NCBI GenBank assembly: GCA_976551045.1
Contig: CDPCPM010000017.1
Coordinates: 7,316,001-7,380,000, forward strand
Direction of reading: 5' to 3'
DNA: 64,000 bases
Source: Glaucostegus cemiculus
Lineage: Eukaryota
Shown here: positions 36,500 through 49,257 of the stretch, piece by piece
Layout of the letters: each line of letters begins with the position of its first letter
Numbering within the stretch: position 1 is the stretch's first letter
Made by a program: the position numbers and the translations under genes
The notes under the pieces: model-generated
Databases searched by the model: none
Told to the model about the DNA's origin: nothing
The model's input: only the letters and a program-made list of their open reading frames with translations

Positions 36500-38100
36500 A
36501 TAATACTTTTAATATGCGGTGCTGCCGTCACAATTTATTACTTGTTAATTTTATCACTCGAAGCATAAAACATTGGAATAATTGCTCTTTGCTTTATTGG
36601 CAGGTACAGACACGAATGCACAGAACTAGAGTGATTGCTCTCCGAACCACGTTCAAAATTTGAAGTCAAAGCATGTTAAATACAATACCTTGTGCAGCAG
36701 TGTTAGTGGAAAATAACATTGCAGAAGGCAAAAAAAAACCTCAAAGAGCAGTTTCTCTCTGCAACTTATGCCATTTATTTTCCCTTGAAACACGGCAAGT
36801 GACGGTACTTGGAGACAGCAGACCGCGAGGTGTAGCTCGCTCCCTCTGTCAAAGCTGGATACTATCACATTACTTGGTTAACACGTCCCTTCCAGCAGAA
36901 ACGTAATAACATCGATGCGTTATTTACATAGCCACTGCAGTTAAACACAGCATCGATATAGCTGCATTGTTTTTTCTTAAACTAGCAGTGCACAAAAGAT
37001 GTAAGTGATGTGAAATTGTCAAACTCTCAGGAAAAAAAAACTACAGGGTTCACTGCTCTCGTCTGTTACCGTTAGCTGAGATTATTTCCCCCACGCTTGT
37101 ATTATTACAAAACTGCGCATCTGTCTCTCGTCTCGCCTTCCATTTTATAGACCATCTGCTGCCGTTAAGCAGATCTCAAAGTTTCCGAAGTGAACGATCA
37201 AATCTGACTCACCTGGACCCCAAAGCACGAGTGGAATTATGCAGGATTTCCGATCCTTTCACAGTCAGAAAAGATCTGCAGTCGAATCCAGGCTGTGTGA
37301 GCACCTTACCGCTCTGATGCGTCACACCACACCAAAGCATCAGAGAAAATGAGATGTGCACTTTTTTTTTGGGAAAAAAAAAGATTCTGACAAAAAGGCT
37401 TAAGACATAAATGACAGCTGTTCTGGCTAAGGGTCAAAAATGAGCTCGCCCTGCATCAGTTTTACTGCCGTAACAATTCTAGTAAGTCTCCAGCAGCAGA
37501 CACATTCCCGACTGCACTGGTGCCTTTGCAGTCACGTTATTATGGATATTCTGTCACATAGGGAGCCAAGCTGCTGCACTGATTCACAACCCAGATGACT
37601 GGATACCTTTTCCTCACACCATCAGGAAGAGATATCTTATTGTACTTATTTGGAAGACATTGCATTCATTGTGGTTACTTTTGGCTTCCAGCCACAACTA
37701 CATGCAATGCTTTGAAAGCTCAATTAGTTTATGGGATCAAGAAATGCCACTTCCGCATCCACCATTGAAGAAAATCCCACAGCGCCCGAAAAATACACCG
37801 AATAACCTGAAAATAAAGACCTTCGCTTCCACAGCTGCCAAAATAAAACAACTTTCCTCAAATGATGGCCAATTAAAGTGCTTCCAGAGACAATTTAAGG
37901 ACAACCAAACTGCACAGTTAGCAGCAAGGCTGAAATATCTCGCCTCCTGCAGCCAATTAAGACACCCCGAAGCAATGCATTTATTTAGCAGATGCGTGCA
38001 TGCATGAAGGAATGACAATAATTATCACTAACCTCTTCGTACCATTACACAAAAAAAGCGAAGAAGCAATATATCTGATGTGGAAAATGCAACATTTTCA
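36500..38100 (-). promoter_or_regulatory. CpG-enriched intronic island; candidate internal ANKS1B promoter and non-coding first exon ending at 37213 (second donor at 37310)
   Basis: Roughly 40-45 CpGs by eye in 1.6 kb with no recognisable repeat, against a CpG-poor background. Gene-strand donors CAG|GTGAGT (37213/37212) and GCG|GTAAGG (37310/37309). Confidence 0.55.
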
Positions 38101-41100
38101 TTGAAATAACGCACAAAGGCTGGTTAGGACACATCCATTTTCACAAATCTAAACGAGTCATCAGCTCTTTATATTTTGTGTGGAGAATTAACCTAAAAGA
38201 CTGGACTATTAAATGTTGTAACCTGGGAATAGAATTTGCTAATGAAGGTCTGTTCTTTGCTGCGCTACAATCACCATAGCAACTTCCAGCTGTCATAGTA
38301 ACCATTTAAATATTCTCCATGTTAAAATGCACCTACGAAAATCACACTTAATAAATGTGGTAAATACAGAGCTTTAGTGCTTTTAACTCAGTATAATGCT
38401 CTTCTACACAGGGCAGGAAACTACATTTTGGTTCAAATCTGTATTTGCTGTACCCTGAGTTCATCAAATAAAGAGATGTAGTCCTGGAAATTCTTGCGTA
38501 GCACAATGGGGTAGAATTTTAGAGGAAAACTGATCACTGTAAGTGATTGGGTACCTATAGTTTGATTTCTGAAGCAAAGTTGCTTCTGTATTTTCCATGT
38601 ACCTTGACACGCATTGTGTGAAGAAGCCCAGATATTTGCAGAGACACTGTGCAATATTGGACATTATTTCTGAGAAGTTCAGTCCTGCATGCATGGCCTC
38701 ACAACCCATTCAGAATCACTGGTAGGCCACTGTCTTTTACCTGTTCTGCGAGTCTCTCTCCCACCACCACCCTGACCTCCCTCCACACCCATCACCATAT
38801 TTTAACTTCAACCAGATAGTGACCTCCGCACCCCAGGGCTGATCACAACCCAACATTCTTCACTAGCTAATCAAAATCCCCAACATCCTGACCAACATTT
38901 GAGATCCTGATTCTCCCCCACTGTCACTCCTCTCCTCCAACCCCTCCATCACGGTAGAGTGAGCAGAGGAATGGGCTTTGTGCCAGACCTGGAAGGTTAA
39001 GGCATTTTTAACCACAAAGGAAAGTCTGTTCTCTGCTTACTTTTGTCAACATTATGCCAATGAAAATGGAATTCATTGAATAATTTCACAAATTTAGATA
39101 CATTTCTGTATTTAAATTTGCTGATAACACATAATACACTTTCTGCTTTGATGAAACTGACGATCTCCAAAGGTGAAAGGCAAGCCTTGGTGAAACTGGA
39201 CAAACAGATCCTCTGTGACATTTACAAGGTGAAAGATTTATGTGAAGTTTTGGGAAGAATAATGTCAAGGTCACGCCAAGGTCTTCTTTAGAATAAATGA
39301 CATTTTGTTACAAAATATTCAAGATTTGACTAAGGCAAGAGGTTTGAGTAATAAGGAAATATGTAAAGTGAAGCCTCAATGCAACTAATCTTTAAAAAGT
39401 GACACATGCCGTGTAGGAGGCTAGAAAATGCGCAGCCTGCTGATCATTTAATATTATAGAAACATACAGATATTCTGTCTCTTAACTGATTGAAGGGTTT
39501 AAGGACACGATGGCCTTCTGCTGCTGCTATGCTCCTCAATCAAACGTGAATACAAAAGGACTCATTCTCCCCTGATCCACACCTTAGTTTATCCAATCCA
39601 GGCACAAATGTTCAATATTTTAATGTGGCAAAATATAGTAAACAGGAAAATCAATAAGAAAATGAAAAGGGTGATGAATTTATACTATAATTAAAATTTA
39701 TTAATGGGTCACATACCTTTAGCAATACATGCAGAAACTTGAATAACAAGTTTTTGGTGATACTAGTTAAGAGAAAAAGTTTGACAAATATGCCATTCAT
39801 TCCTAGGTATTGCCATGAACTGCCTAAGTAGGCAGATGGAACATTAATTTTCACTCTAAAGTTTCAACTTAAAAATTTCATCTCTACATGACATTGCTGC
39901 TAATACAACACTCACAAAGTTTTGCACAGGGGCGCCAGCCAGAATAAAATCCCAGTTACACATAAATATCATTACCGATATGGCTATGAACATATATGAT
40001 TTGGAGAATGGATTGTGCTTGTGGTCACTGAGCCTGCTGACTAGACCGGAGCAAACTGGTCTTCTGGCCTTAATAGAATATTAACAGAGAACTGCAGCCA
40101 CCCAGTTTGGGAAGAAAGAAGGGTGAAGCAGAAAGCAGAGTGAGGAAGGGAATTCAATGAATTAGTTTACTAAAAGGGTCCCGTTTTTGGTGAGGAGCTC
40201 CTGCTGTCTTTCATAATTGCTGGTTCAGCTGGATGTGGAGCTGCTTTCTGGTCTGGGTACTAAAACTGGCCTTTGTATTCAGAAGATCCAATACATAATT
40301 ATTGGGATCAGTGAGGGCACTATTACAGCATCCCAATCAATATGTGTCAGAAGTGCTTCCGAATGCAGAAGACTGGGATTCTAAACTGGATTTATTGCAA
40401 CCACTTTCCACTGCATAAATGAGTGGAACCAGATCCAGTTTTAATCCCCTAGTCTTTTACCCAATCCCTAAATTCACTATCAACTAAGTGAACTAAAACA
40501 TGATCTGTACTTCTTGGGAATCAGAACAATTCACCAATTCTGTTCTTCTTATTAACTCATTCATATTTAGTGGATTTTGCATTCATATCTGAAAGCACTA
40601 AATCAAATTTATGCAGATTTCTAAAATATTGTATGTGCTACAGCAAAGATTCCATTTTTAAGATCCCCGAAATTATTCACAGATGAATAAAATTATCCCC
40701 TGTAAAATCATGTAAAACATATTTACAATGAGATCTAACTTTATGGTCTCAGTCTGTAATTTATTGAAGAACCATTTTAATCCTGTATTATATTCCTTGG
40801 CTTTGCAGGTGAGTGCCAAAGTGACACAGTTGTAATATTTTAGCTGCATAAGTGCCACATACATTAAGAAACCAAAAAGCTCACTCCCTCCTCTGTCAGC
40901 GACAGGCCAAGTAAACTTTATGTCCTGATAACTTGATGTAATCTGATGCATTAACACAGTTGGGAACAGCATGTGTTAATTTAAATCACCTGAATACAAA
41001 CTGAATGCTATCACACACAATAGTATATAGAGGGCTAAAAATGCACTCATGATACTACCATACTCTTATATTGATCAGAAATTCCATTTTTTTATCCATT

Positions 41101-41504
41101 ATTTCACATCATTGAACTGATGAGTTGCATTTCCCATTAGATGCAGTTACTTGGGCAACTGCACCACCAAGTGCTCAAATAAGATAATGTCATGTTAATA
41201 CAAGATACTCATCTAACATGAACTGAATGTGTTATATATCCATTTTTTCAGCTCATAAATAACAGTCAGTATTTGTTAGTAGTTTGGATTAACAGGCAAT
41301 AGTGGAGTTTACTATTACTCTTAACAAATCAGCTATAATTAACTATGAAGAAACATACCTGGTTGGTCTTGATATACAATGAAACTTTTGAAGTACAGGT
41401 TGATTCAGTTGTCAAAACACTGGAAGTTATTATTATGGAGACATTATTTATTTGTTCTCTATTAATTTAAAGGAACTAGTAACTTCTATGTTATGTATGA
41501 AAAT

Positions 41505-41690
41505 CAAAAGAAAACTGCAGTGTTGGAAATCTGAAATTAAAAATACAGGAAATCCTAGAAAAAACTCAGCATCTGTGGAAGGTGAAACAGTCATACTTCG
41601 GGTCACAGATCCAAAATATTGACTGTTTCTTTTTCCACAAATGCTGCTTGACCTGCTGAGTTTATCCAGCATTTTCTGTTCTTATATTTC
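41505..41690. mobile_element. Palindromic Penelope-derived short element
   Basis: GAAACAGTCA (41584-41593) and TGACTGTTTC (41620-41629) are exact reverse complements. Outer arms GCATCTGTGGAA/TTCCACAAATGC and AAACTCAGCA/TGCTGAGTTT. Confidence 0.75.
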
Positions 41691-42904
41691 TCTGTCGTAC
41701 ATATGGGACAAACAATTCTGCTGCCAAATGCGGCAGAACAAATAAATAAGCAGGAAAGCTGGGTGGTATTAAAATGATAGGTGGGAGGTTCATTTGATCC
41801 ACTAATGTGCCATTAAGTGTCAGGGGTGTAAATTATTCCTACGTTTGTTGGCCGTACTGTTGTCACTACTTATTTGTCTGTGCCTTTCTGCCTTCCGACA
41901 ACCTTGAGGCCATAGTCTCTCTGCCTTTCTGCAAAGTGCAGTTGACAACTAGATGCCTGGCAGCACAGCCTGAGGCTCTGTCCATTAAATACTCTGACAG
42001 CCTGCACGCAGTTTGTGCTGTTAAGTGGCCATTTCCCTGTTTCCAAATACCTCTGATCATCAAACACAATTGGAAACAGATGTAAAATAGAGAAATGAAA
42101 AATAATAAATTCACTTGACTGATGTAACCTTTCTAAAACACCAATATTAATTAACATGAAGTAAAAGAAATCAGGGTACTCCCCTTCATTTGTTTTTTAA
42201 TTAATATTAGTGACCCCATAAATGCAGCAGTTATTGCCGGCATAAAGCTATAAAAGGATTGCATCCGGTTCCACGGGTTGTTATGGTTTCAGAGAGGAAT
42301 CCACAGATAGAGCAGGATTTTGGATACAACTGTAGGTGTGAAAGTCTGGAGCCCCACTGACACATGGAGCCAAGTACTCTGACAGCATTTTAGAAGTACC
42401 TAGTCCAATCAGTACATGAAATGATACAGTTAAAGGCATTCAGAAAGAATTTGTAAACCTGCCTAATACTCCCCCCCCCCCCATTAACAACTATTAAAGA
42501 AAGCAGAGAGAAAAAAATCCAGCTTTCTATTCACGTAAAGACATTGTCCAAGTACCTGTTAAACTGATCTTATTTTCATTAGATCACTGAATACATTAAG
42601 GCTTGGTAACTTTCTGGAATATTTTTGAAAGCCTAGGTTTGCTATCACAATTTTTCAATTTCCTTTCTACTGACTCCAGAGTCTTCACAGCTCAACCAGA
42701 AGTTCACTCTTGACTACGTTAATCAGTTTCTGTGAAAGAACTTCCTAGCACCTGTTCCAAATGTGTCTTTCATCATCTAAACTTGTGTTTTTTTGTGTTA
42801 TTTTCGGATCACATCCTGAAGTGGTGCTCACATTTACATTTTCCAGATTGTTTAGGAGCTTACCTGCCTTGGTAAGCTGCCTTATTTTTAGTTTTGTTCA
42901 TTTT

Positions 42905-43143
42905 AATTTTATTTACAGCATAGTAACATGCCCTGCCAGCCCAACGAGTCCGCGCTGCCCATTTTAAACCCAAATTAACCTACTCATACGTCTTTGGGAT
43001 GTGGGAGGAAACCGGAGCACCCGGAGGAAACCCATGCAGTCACGGGAGAATGTACAAACTCCTTACAGGCAGCGACAGGAATAGAACTCTGATCACTGGC
43101 GCTGTAATAGCGTCACGCTAACTGCTACGCTACCATGCCGCCC
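42905..43143 (-). mobile_element. Well-preserved V-SINE (HE1-like) with CR1-type tail
   Basis: Minus strand GGGCGGCATGGTAGCGTAGCAGTTAGC (A box), AGTTCTATTCC (B box), V-domain GGGTTTCCTCCGGGTGCTCCGGTTTCCTCCCACATCCCAAAGACG, tail GGACTCGTTGGGCTGGCAGGGC. Confidence 0.9.
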
Positions 43144-43424
43144 TTCTTTTAGAATTTCATCTTTTAGAATTCAACCTCTTAGGGAAGCTAAAGGCACTGG
43201 GGCTGGTCTGGCGGCTTATTTCTCTTTGTTCTGCTGCCAGGGATTTAATTTTTCATGTGTGTCTCAGTAGATCTCTTTGTGTTTAATATCACCATTGATT
43301 GGTTATCATTCATTCCAAACGCTCATTTTAGAACTTTAAATGCAAAGTCTGACCATTTCGGTGAAACATTTTGTGCTTTCTCATAGCCACATGATCCACA
43401 CAGACACAGTCTCAGGCTGAAAAT

Positions 43425-43565
43425 CAAGAAAATCTGCAGGTACAGGAAATCCAGAATAAAAATGGATAATGCTGAAAATACTCAGCAGGTTAAGCCATGT
43501 GGGAGGAGAAACAGTCAACTTTTCAGATCGAAGGAACATTCATTCTTTTTCTCTTCTCACAGATT
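43425..43565. mobile_element. Penelope-derived short element with partial palindrome
   Basis: aatgctgaaaatactcagcaggttaagc..gagaaacagtcaacttttcagatc, then a short inverted arm ttctcacagat. Confidence 0.6.
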
Positions 43566-43754
43566 TTGAATGGACCATCTGCAAGAGCAAAAACCTAGAC
43601 CTGGTCCACCATACGCAAAGGGCCGGCTGGTCTCGATCAGGAGAAGGGACTCAACTGGATCATGAATTGTCAGTTGGAACTCTGCAGGCATTCAGGGATG
43701 CATTTAGTCACTTAAATCTGCCCATTATTGGGCAGTGTTTGAATAAGGTGAAAG

Positions 43755-43850
43755 GATACACTGCTGGACAAACTCAGCAGGTCAAGCAGCATCTGTGGAG
43801 GTGAAGGAATGATCAACGTTTCATGACGAGACCCTGCATCGGGACTGCTG
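43755..43850 (-). mobile_element. Penelope-derived terminal fragment with a decayed hammerhead motif
   Basis: aactcagcaggtcaagcagcatctgtggag; minus strand CAGTCCCGATGCAGGGTCTCGTCATGAAACGTTGATC. Confidence 0.65.
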
Positions 43851-46148
43851 GAAACCACGTGGGACAAGATGGTGGTGAGCACAAACCCGGAGGAAGGACA
43901 CGAGGCTGTGGTAATGAGTCTTGGGAAAGATATCGTCAAAGAGCAGAAGAAACAACAGAGGGAGTACAGTGAAAGGGACTGAGTATAACCACAGCTCCCA
44001 ACTTTGACATGTCCTTGTTAGTCAGGAGTTATACTTAGCTAGGTATGCCTTTGACTTGTCTCACACTGTTGTTGATGATGGAGTATTTTGCAGTAGTTTG
44101 ATATGACCAAGACAGAGGACAGTTAACAGCTACTTGTATTACACCAAACTGTGGTCACACTTAGTCCAGATGGATAAGGGTACCAACTTTCCATCCCTAC
44201 CAACCAGACCCAATGTATTCTTTTCTCCCCAAAGAAGTTCTTCTGAACCTTCAGGCAAACTCAGGGCCAAAGGCAACATCTTCAGTCCTACAAAAGCCAG
44301 CAGCAAATTATGACATCTACTCAATCCATGCAAGACAGCAGTGGCAGTCTGCACTGTACTCGAGGAGAATTTCAGCTCTTCCCAGTTCACTAGCCAGCCT
44401 TCCTCCAAGGTGCGAAGGTAGACTCCCAAACACAGAGGGTTTGTGCATCCCCGCTTACCTTCTGCAGGCACGTGGCCTGGACTGACACGCAGCTTCTCTA
44501 TGTTGAGTTACTCGGCGAGCATCCAGCCTTTATAGAGCTGCTTCTGTTTTACTGGGATCTGTAGTTACCTTTAACCGGTGGTCTCCCCCACCTGGATCTG
44601 CAGCCATAGTGAATGAGGAGCTGCTTCTGAACCCACTTCCTGCTGTTTGACTGCACCAATGTGGCTATAAAAGAGGAGGGCTCTGAAGGCAGAGTCAAGG
44701 ATCTGCAGGATGGCATAAAACTGCACCAGATGCTAACAGATGCTTTGGGCACCAATTGACCTGCTGTTACGTTCAGCCTGTGGCCAGAAACATCCCACTG
44801 CTTAAAGCAGCACTCAGCCCTGACTTCATCAAGTGAGGTAAGGGAGCTCAAGTGAGTGAAACTAATCTGTCCCATCCAACTTCCATTCAGCTGAAATTTC
44901 TCAACTGCACAACGATCTAACTCCTCACTTCAGTGTCTGTTCTATTTCTAGGAAATTCCCGAGGTACAATTCTACTTGGTGGAATTAATTGTAAGACGGC
45001 TCCTTCAAATGCTCAATAAAGAGTGTTGCAGCGGGTCATTTGGTTACCGAAGCATCTGATATCATCCAGTGCACTTTCTGCCACCCTGCAGATTCCTGAC
45101 TCTATTTATCTTGGTTTTCAGTGTCCTCCTCTTTTACAGCCATATTGATGGAGTCAACCACGCAGGGAGTGGGAGCAGCTGCTCCCTCACTATGGCTGTA
45201 TATTGAGGTGGGGGAGGCCACCAGCCAACAAATGCCTTGATATGACATCTGGCAGAGGCGAGGGATTCTAATAGTGGCACTCTATTCTGGAGTCCTCTGT
45301 CTCAAAGGTAGAACTTTATGCCACATCACCGACTATTCCAGCTGCCTTTGACTTTTGCAACTAGTTGTGTCTGAATGTTACACTTGCTTTCAGTGCAAGC
45401 CGTTGCAGTCCTTGTATGGTTATCTGGAGGGGTTGTTCCTCAATATCTGGCTGGCTTTAAACACACAGTCCTGATCTTCAACACAAGATGCATTAGGGGA
45501 CCAGCAAGCAACTACCTTCTTTAAAACAATTTTGGTGTTACTACACAATTATAATAATTAACGAAGTGTAAATTTTAAATTACAAACAAATTAAGTGGAA
45601 ACAGTACAACTTCTACCAACTAACCACTGAATGACCTCACAATATCCAATAATTATAGCTGCAAATATTTATCTATCAAAACAAACTTTCAGCCCTGAAG
45701 ATCAAAATATACAGAAGCACCAATGACTTGAGAGATGAAATTGCACAAAATTTATATATTTCATAAATGTGCTAACAAGGCCAAACCCAAAATCTGAATA
45801 GTGTCACAATCAGATCTGATTATTTAATTATTTTTCTGCAGAAACTCTAAACTCTAAATTCCAGAAAACTTACTTTCTTAAAAGTATGGCAATTTCAACC
45901 AGAGAATGATAGCTGCAGCAAAAGTTCAGCTGGAGAGACACTGATTTAGTTCATCTAATTCAGGTGTAATACAAATCTAAACTGTAGAGATAAGGTCCAT
46001 TCAAGATTAGTGATTTATGCAGGCACGTTTTTATATCAATTCTACTTCCTCAGTAAGACACTAGGTTATGTTATAACATCCTTCAGAATTTAAATCTTTT
46101 CAACACTAGCAATTTATTTTCAAGATATTACATGAATCATGAACTTAC

Positions 46149-46301
46149 ATTAATGAGTTCAATTTCCCACAGCTTTTTCACAAGATCCATCGACGTATAA
46201 CCATTTGCCAGAAAGGTCTTGATGTAATCATTCAGTTCTAAAGAATCTAACCAATCCGCTACAGATGTTGGACTGTTTGTATCATATCCAATAACCTTTA
46301 C
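46149..46301 (-). CDS. ANKS1B: ANKS1B coding exon (SAM2, first part): [51 protein letters not shown]
   Basis: 153 nt, phase 0-0. TCTTTCTCTTTCATTTCAG acceptor and AAT|GTAAGT donor. SAM motif [12 protein letters not shown]...F..NGY. Confidence 0.97.
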
Positions 46302-46619
46302 CTGAAATGAAAGAGAAAGATATATGCATAAGAGCGGCATAAAATTATGGATAGGGAACTTGTTCTTTTTCATGCAACTATGCCCCAAATCCAATTAACA
46401 TCTCATATAATGTCCTAAACATTAGAAAAGAGTAGCATGGTAAGAGTATACCTGCACAGACAAACACTGCAGATTATCTATACATCAACCTTATGATCTT
46501 TTTAGCTATATCTAGGCACAAAATCTTATCATGTTGTCTTTGTAGTGTCTGAGAACATGTTAAGATTAATTTTAATTCTTGAGACAGAAATAACCACTGT
46601 ATCAGAATATTTCATTGGA

Positions 46620-47190
46620 AAGACAGTCGATAGATTTGGAATTTGTTGCAAATATGTCATCTACTACAGCTAGGTTCAGGACACCTTCAATGTATTCTCA
46701 CGACAGAGACAGAGTAATGCAAGGCTCAGGATTACAAATCAATTGCTTGTTGGATGGATTCCCAGAATCAAAGGACTATCCACTGAGAAGAGACTAAGTG
46801 AATAGGTGGATTATCCAGAGTTTATGAAAATGAAAGATAATCTCTATGAAACATGCAAAATTTGGACACGGTGGAGGCCAAGAACCTGTTCCCTGGCTGG
46901 AGTCAAGGACCAAGGATTATAAATTTGAGGACTGGTCATTTAGGACTGAAGTGAAAATAAATTTTTTCACTCAGATGACTGTGAGTCATTGGAGTTCGCT
47001 ATCCAGATGACTGTGGATGCACAGTTAAGGAGTCTGTTCAAGACTGGGACTGATAGAATTTTGAGCAGCAAGAGAATCAAGAGGTTTGGGAGGAGAGTGG
47101 TAAAATTGAGTTGATAAGATGTTCAGCTCTAAACTTATTGAATGAGGGAACCACATGCCTACCTTTGTTTCTATTTTTTATCTCATGTAT
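46620..47190 (+). mobile_element. CR1 LINE 3' fragment
   Basis: ttttttcactcagatgactgtgagtcattggagttc..ttcaagactgggactgatagaattttg..gaatcaagagg is the CR1 ORF2 end and 3' UTR. Confidence 0.75.
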
Positions 47191-49257
47191 AATTCATGCC
47201 ATAAAATTAGTTTTCATTTCCAGCCAAATGCATCAAGCCTCATTATTTATGAATAGAAAATGCTAAATACAATGTTATCAATGTAGAAGGCATGCTAATA
47301 TTGTAGGCTTAATTAAGTAATCTCTTGTTGAGAGCAAGAATTTATGGGGCCATAACAGCAAAAAACAGGTTCCAACCTGATAAACTGAAACACTATTGGT
47401 TAAAAGACAATCTGAGAATGTCTTAATAGATTAACGCAATGTGTTTCTGGAAAGTAAAAATGTTGATGGAAACCATTTTAGAATTATTTATTTTCTTACA
47501 AGTTTTAATCATGCAAATTTGTAGCTAGAAAGAAAGATTTGGTTTGCATTTTGGATTTCTAAGTGGCTTAAATGTGTTTCTGGATCTCTCGCTTGACACA
47601 AATGAATGTGAAATATAACATGAAGTGACGCAATCAGAACATATTCGAAATTAGGTATAGGCACTCTTTTATCTGGCAATATATCTAATCTAAATATTAC
47701 TGCAGGAAAATCATCTGCTAATTACCAGCCTTTTATACAATTGTTAGTCTGCAAGTAAACTAATTGCTCGTGCTGAATTCATTTCCTATCAGATTTCTAT
47801 ATGATTTTAGAAAACAATAGTCCACTTAGACCAGAGTTAAAATTTTAAACTAATTTTCTGACATTTGAACAAATAATAATGTTATTATAATAAATTTATT
47901 CAGGAGAAGTTTAGTATTCATCATTAATATAAAATGAACACTTTCATATACTTAAACGCTGTGGCTGCAACTGATAAAATTACCACCAAATTTCATGTTT
48001 TTGTTTGATTTCCCATCTCCCTGTCCTATTTATTTAAATTTGATTTAAGTCATTGAATATTTTTTCTCTCTTTTCTGATTTTTTCCCCAAAAAATACCTT
48101 TTAAATCAGGTATTCTTACGTGGTCACACCATACAACCAGGAGGTGTAACGAATGAGAAAAAAATTCATTTGGTTGAAAGTAGATTTAAGCTATTTTTTT
48201 ATCCACCACGATCTTAAAATAACATAACTATCAGCATTAGTTTGATAAATGCAAAACCTAAGGTTTAAACCAGTATTTAGTAAAAGTTGACAAGGTAATA
48301 TGGAAATAAAAGGTTTTCATTTCCAGTATCTTAAGGGTAACTAGTAGAAGATGTGGAAACTTTACTTTCTAAAACAGAATAAATATTATTGCAGTACTAA
48401 GAAAGGAGTCAACCTCACATTTGTTTTGGCTAACTCAATTAATTTTCATTGTTTAACAAACTTCAGTACTTGTAAACAAGTTTCAATGTGTCTCATGTTG
48501 GCATATTTAATTAAATTTGGTAATTCCTGCAACTGCACCTATTTATTTTGGTTTCAGACTACTTTATATAAGATGAATACCAAGAACTACTTCACTGGAT
48601 ACATATCATTAGCACTTCCATACTGTTGCTGATACAAAGAATACAGTTGAATAATGCCCACAACCACTGTTTCTCATTATTATGTGTTAAATATATACAT
48701 CTCTTGACAGAGAATATTAAATTAGTACTTTCTCCTAACTATACAGCACTTGCATTTAGATTGGTATCTCAAATAACCTAATCATTGGTAATTGTATTAA
48801 TGCCTACACTGCTCTGATATGCATTTTAAAATAACATATGAGAACAAAAAGCTGTTTCTTTATTGAAACTAAATAACATAGAGCAAATAAACAAGTAAAG
48901 CCAACAGGACTTTCTTAAATCACCACAAGTTATTCCTAATGTTTTTTTTTCCACCAAAATGTCTACTAAATGACATGGTGCAGAACTTCTCAAAGCTGTT
49001 GTTTTGGAGTTTGTTTAAAGTACAAATTAGTTCCCATTGAGTGTGGCCAGTTTGAATTTTGATACCCAACAAAAATAATTTTATTTATATGCGTTCTACT
49101 GAGATGAGATCACAGAGATGGGAGGTTTCACAATTGGTTTAATCCACGAAACCGTAACATTCCATGCTCTTCAATAGTCCCCAGGTGAATTATTTACTAA
49201 CACAATTTAAAGGAATAATGGTAGTTATGATTTTTCTATTGTATATTCTCAACTCAC

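Noticed and set aside
44200-45500. GC-richer block with several 90-110 aa ORFs (similar blocks at 300-920, 8850-9420, 12000-12620 and 38700-39000)
   Set aside because: Probably old repeat remnants, but no family or protein motif could be recognised, so not annotated.
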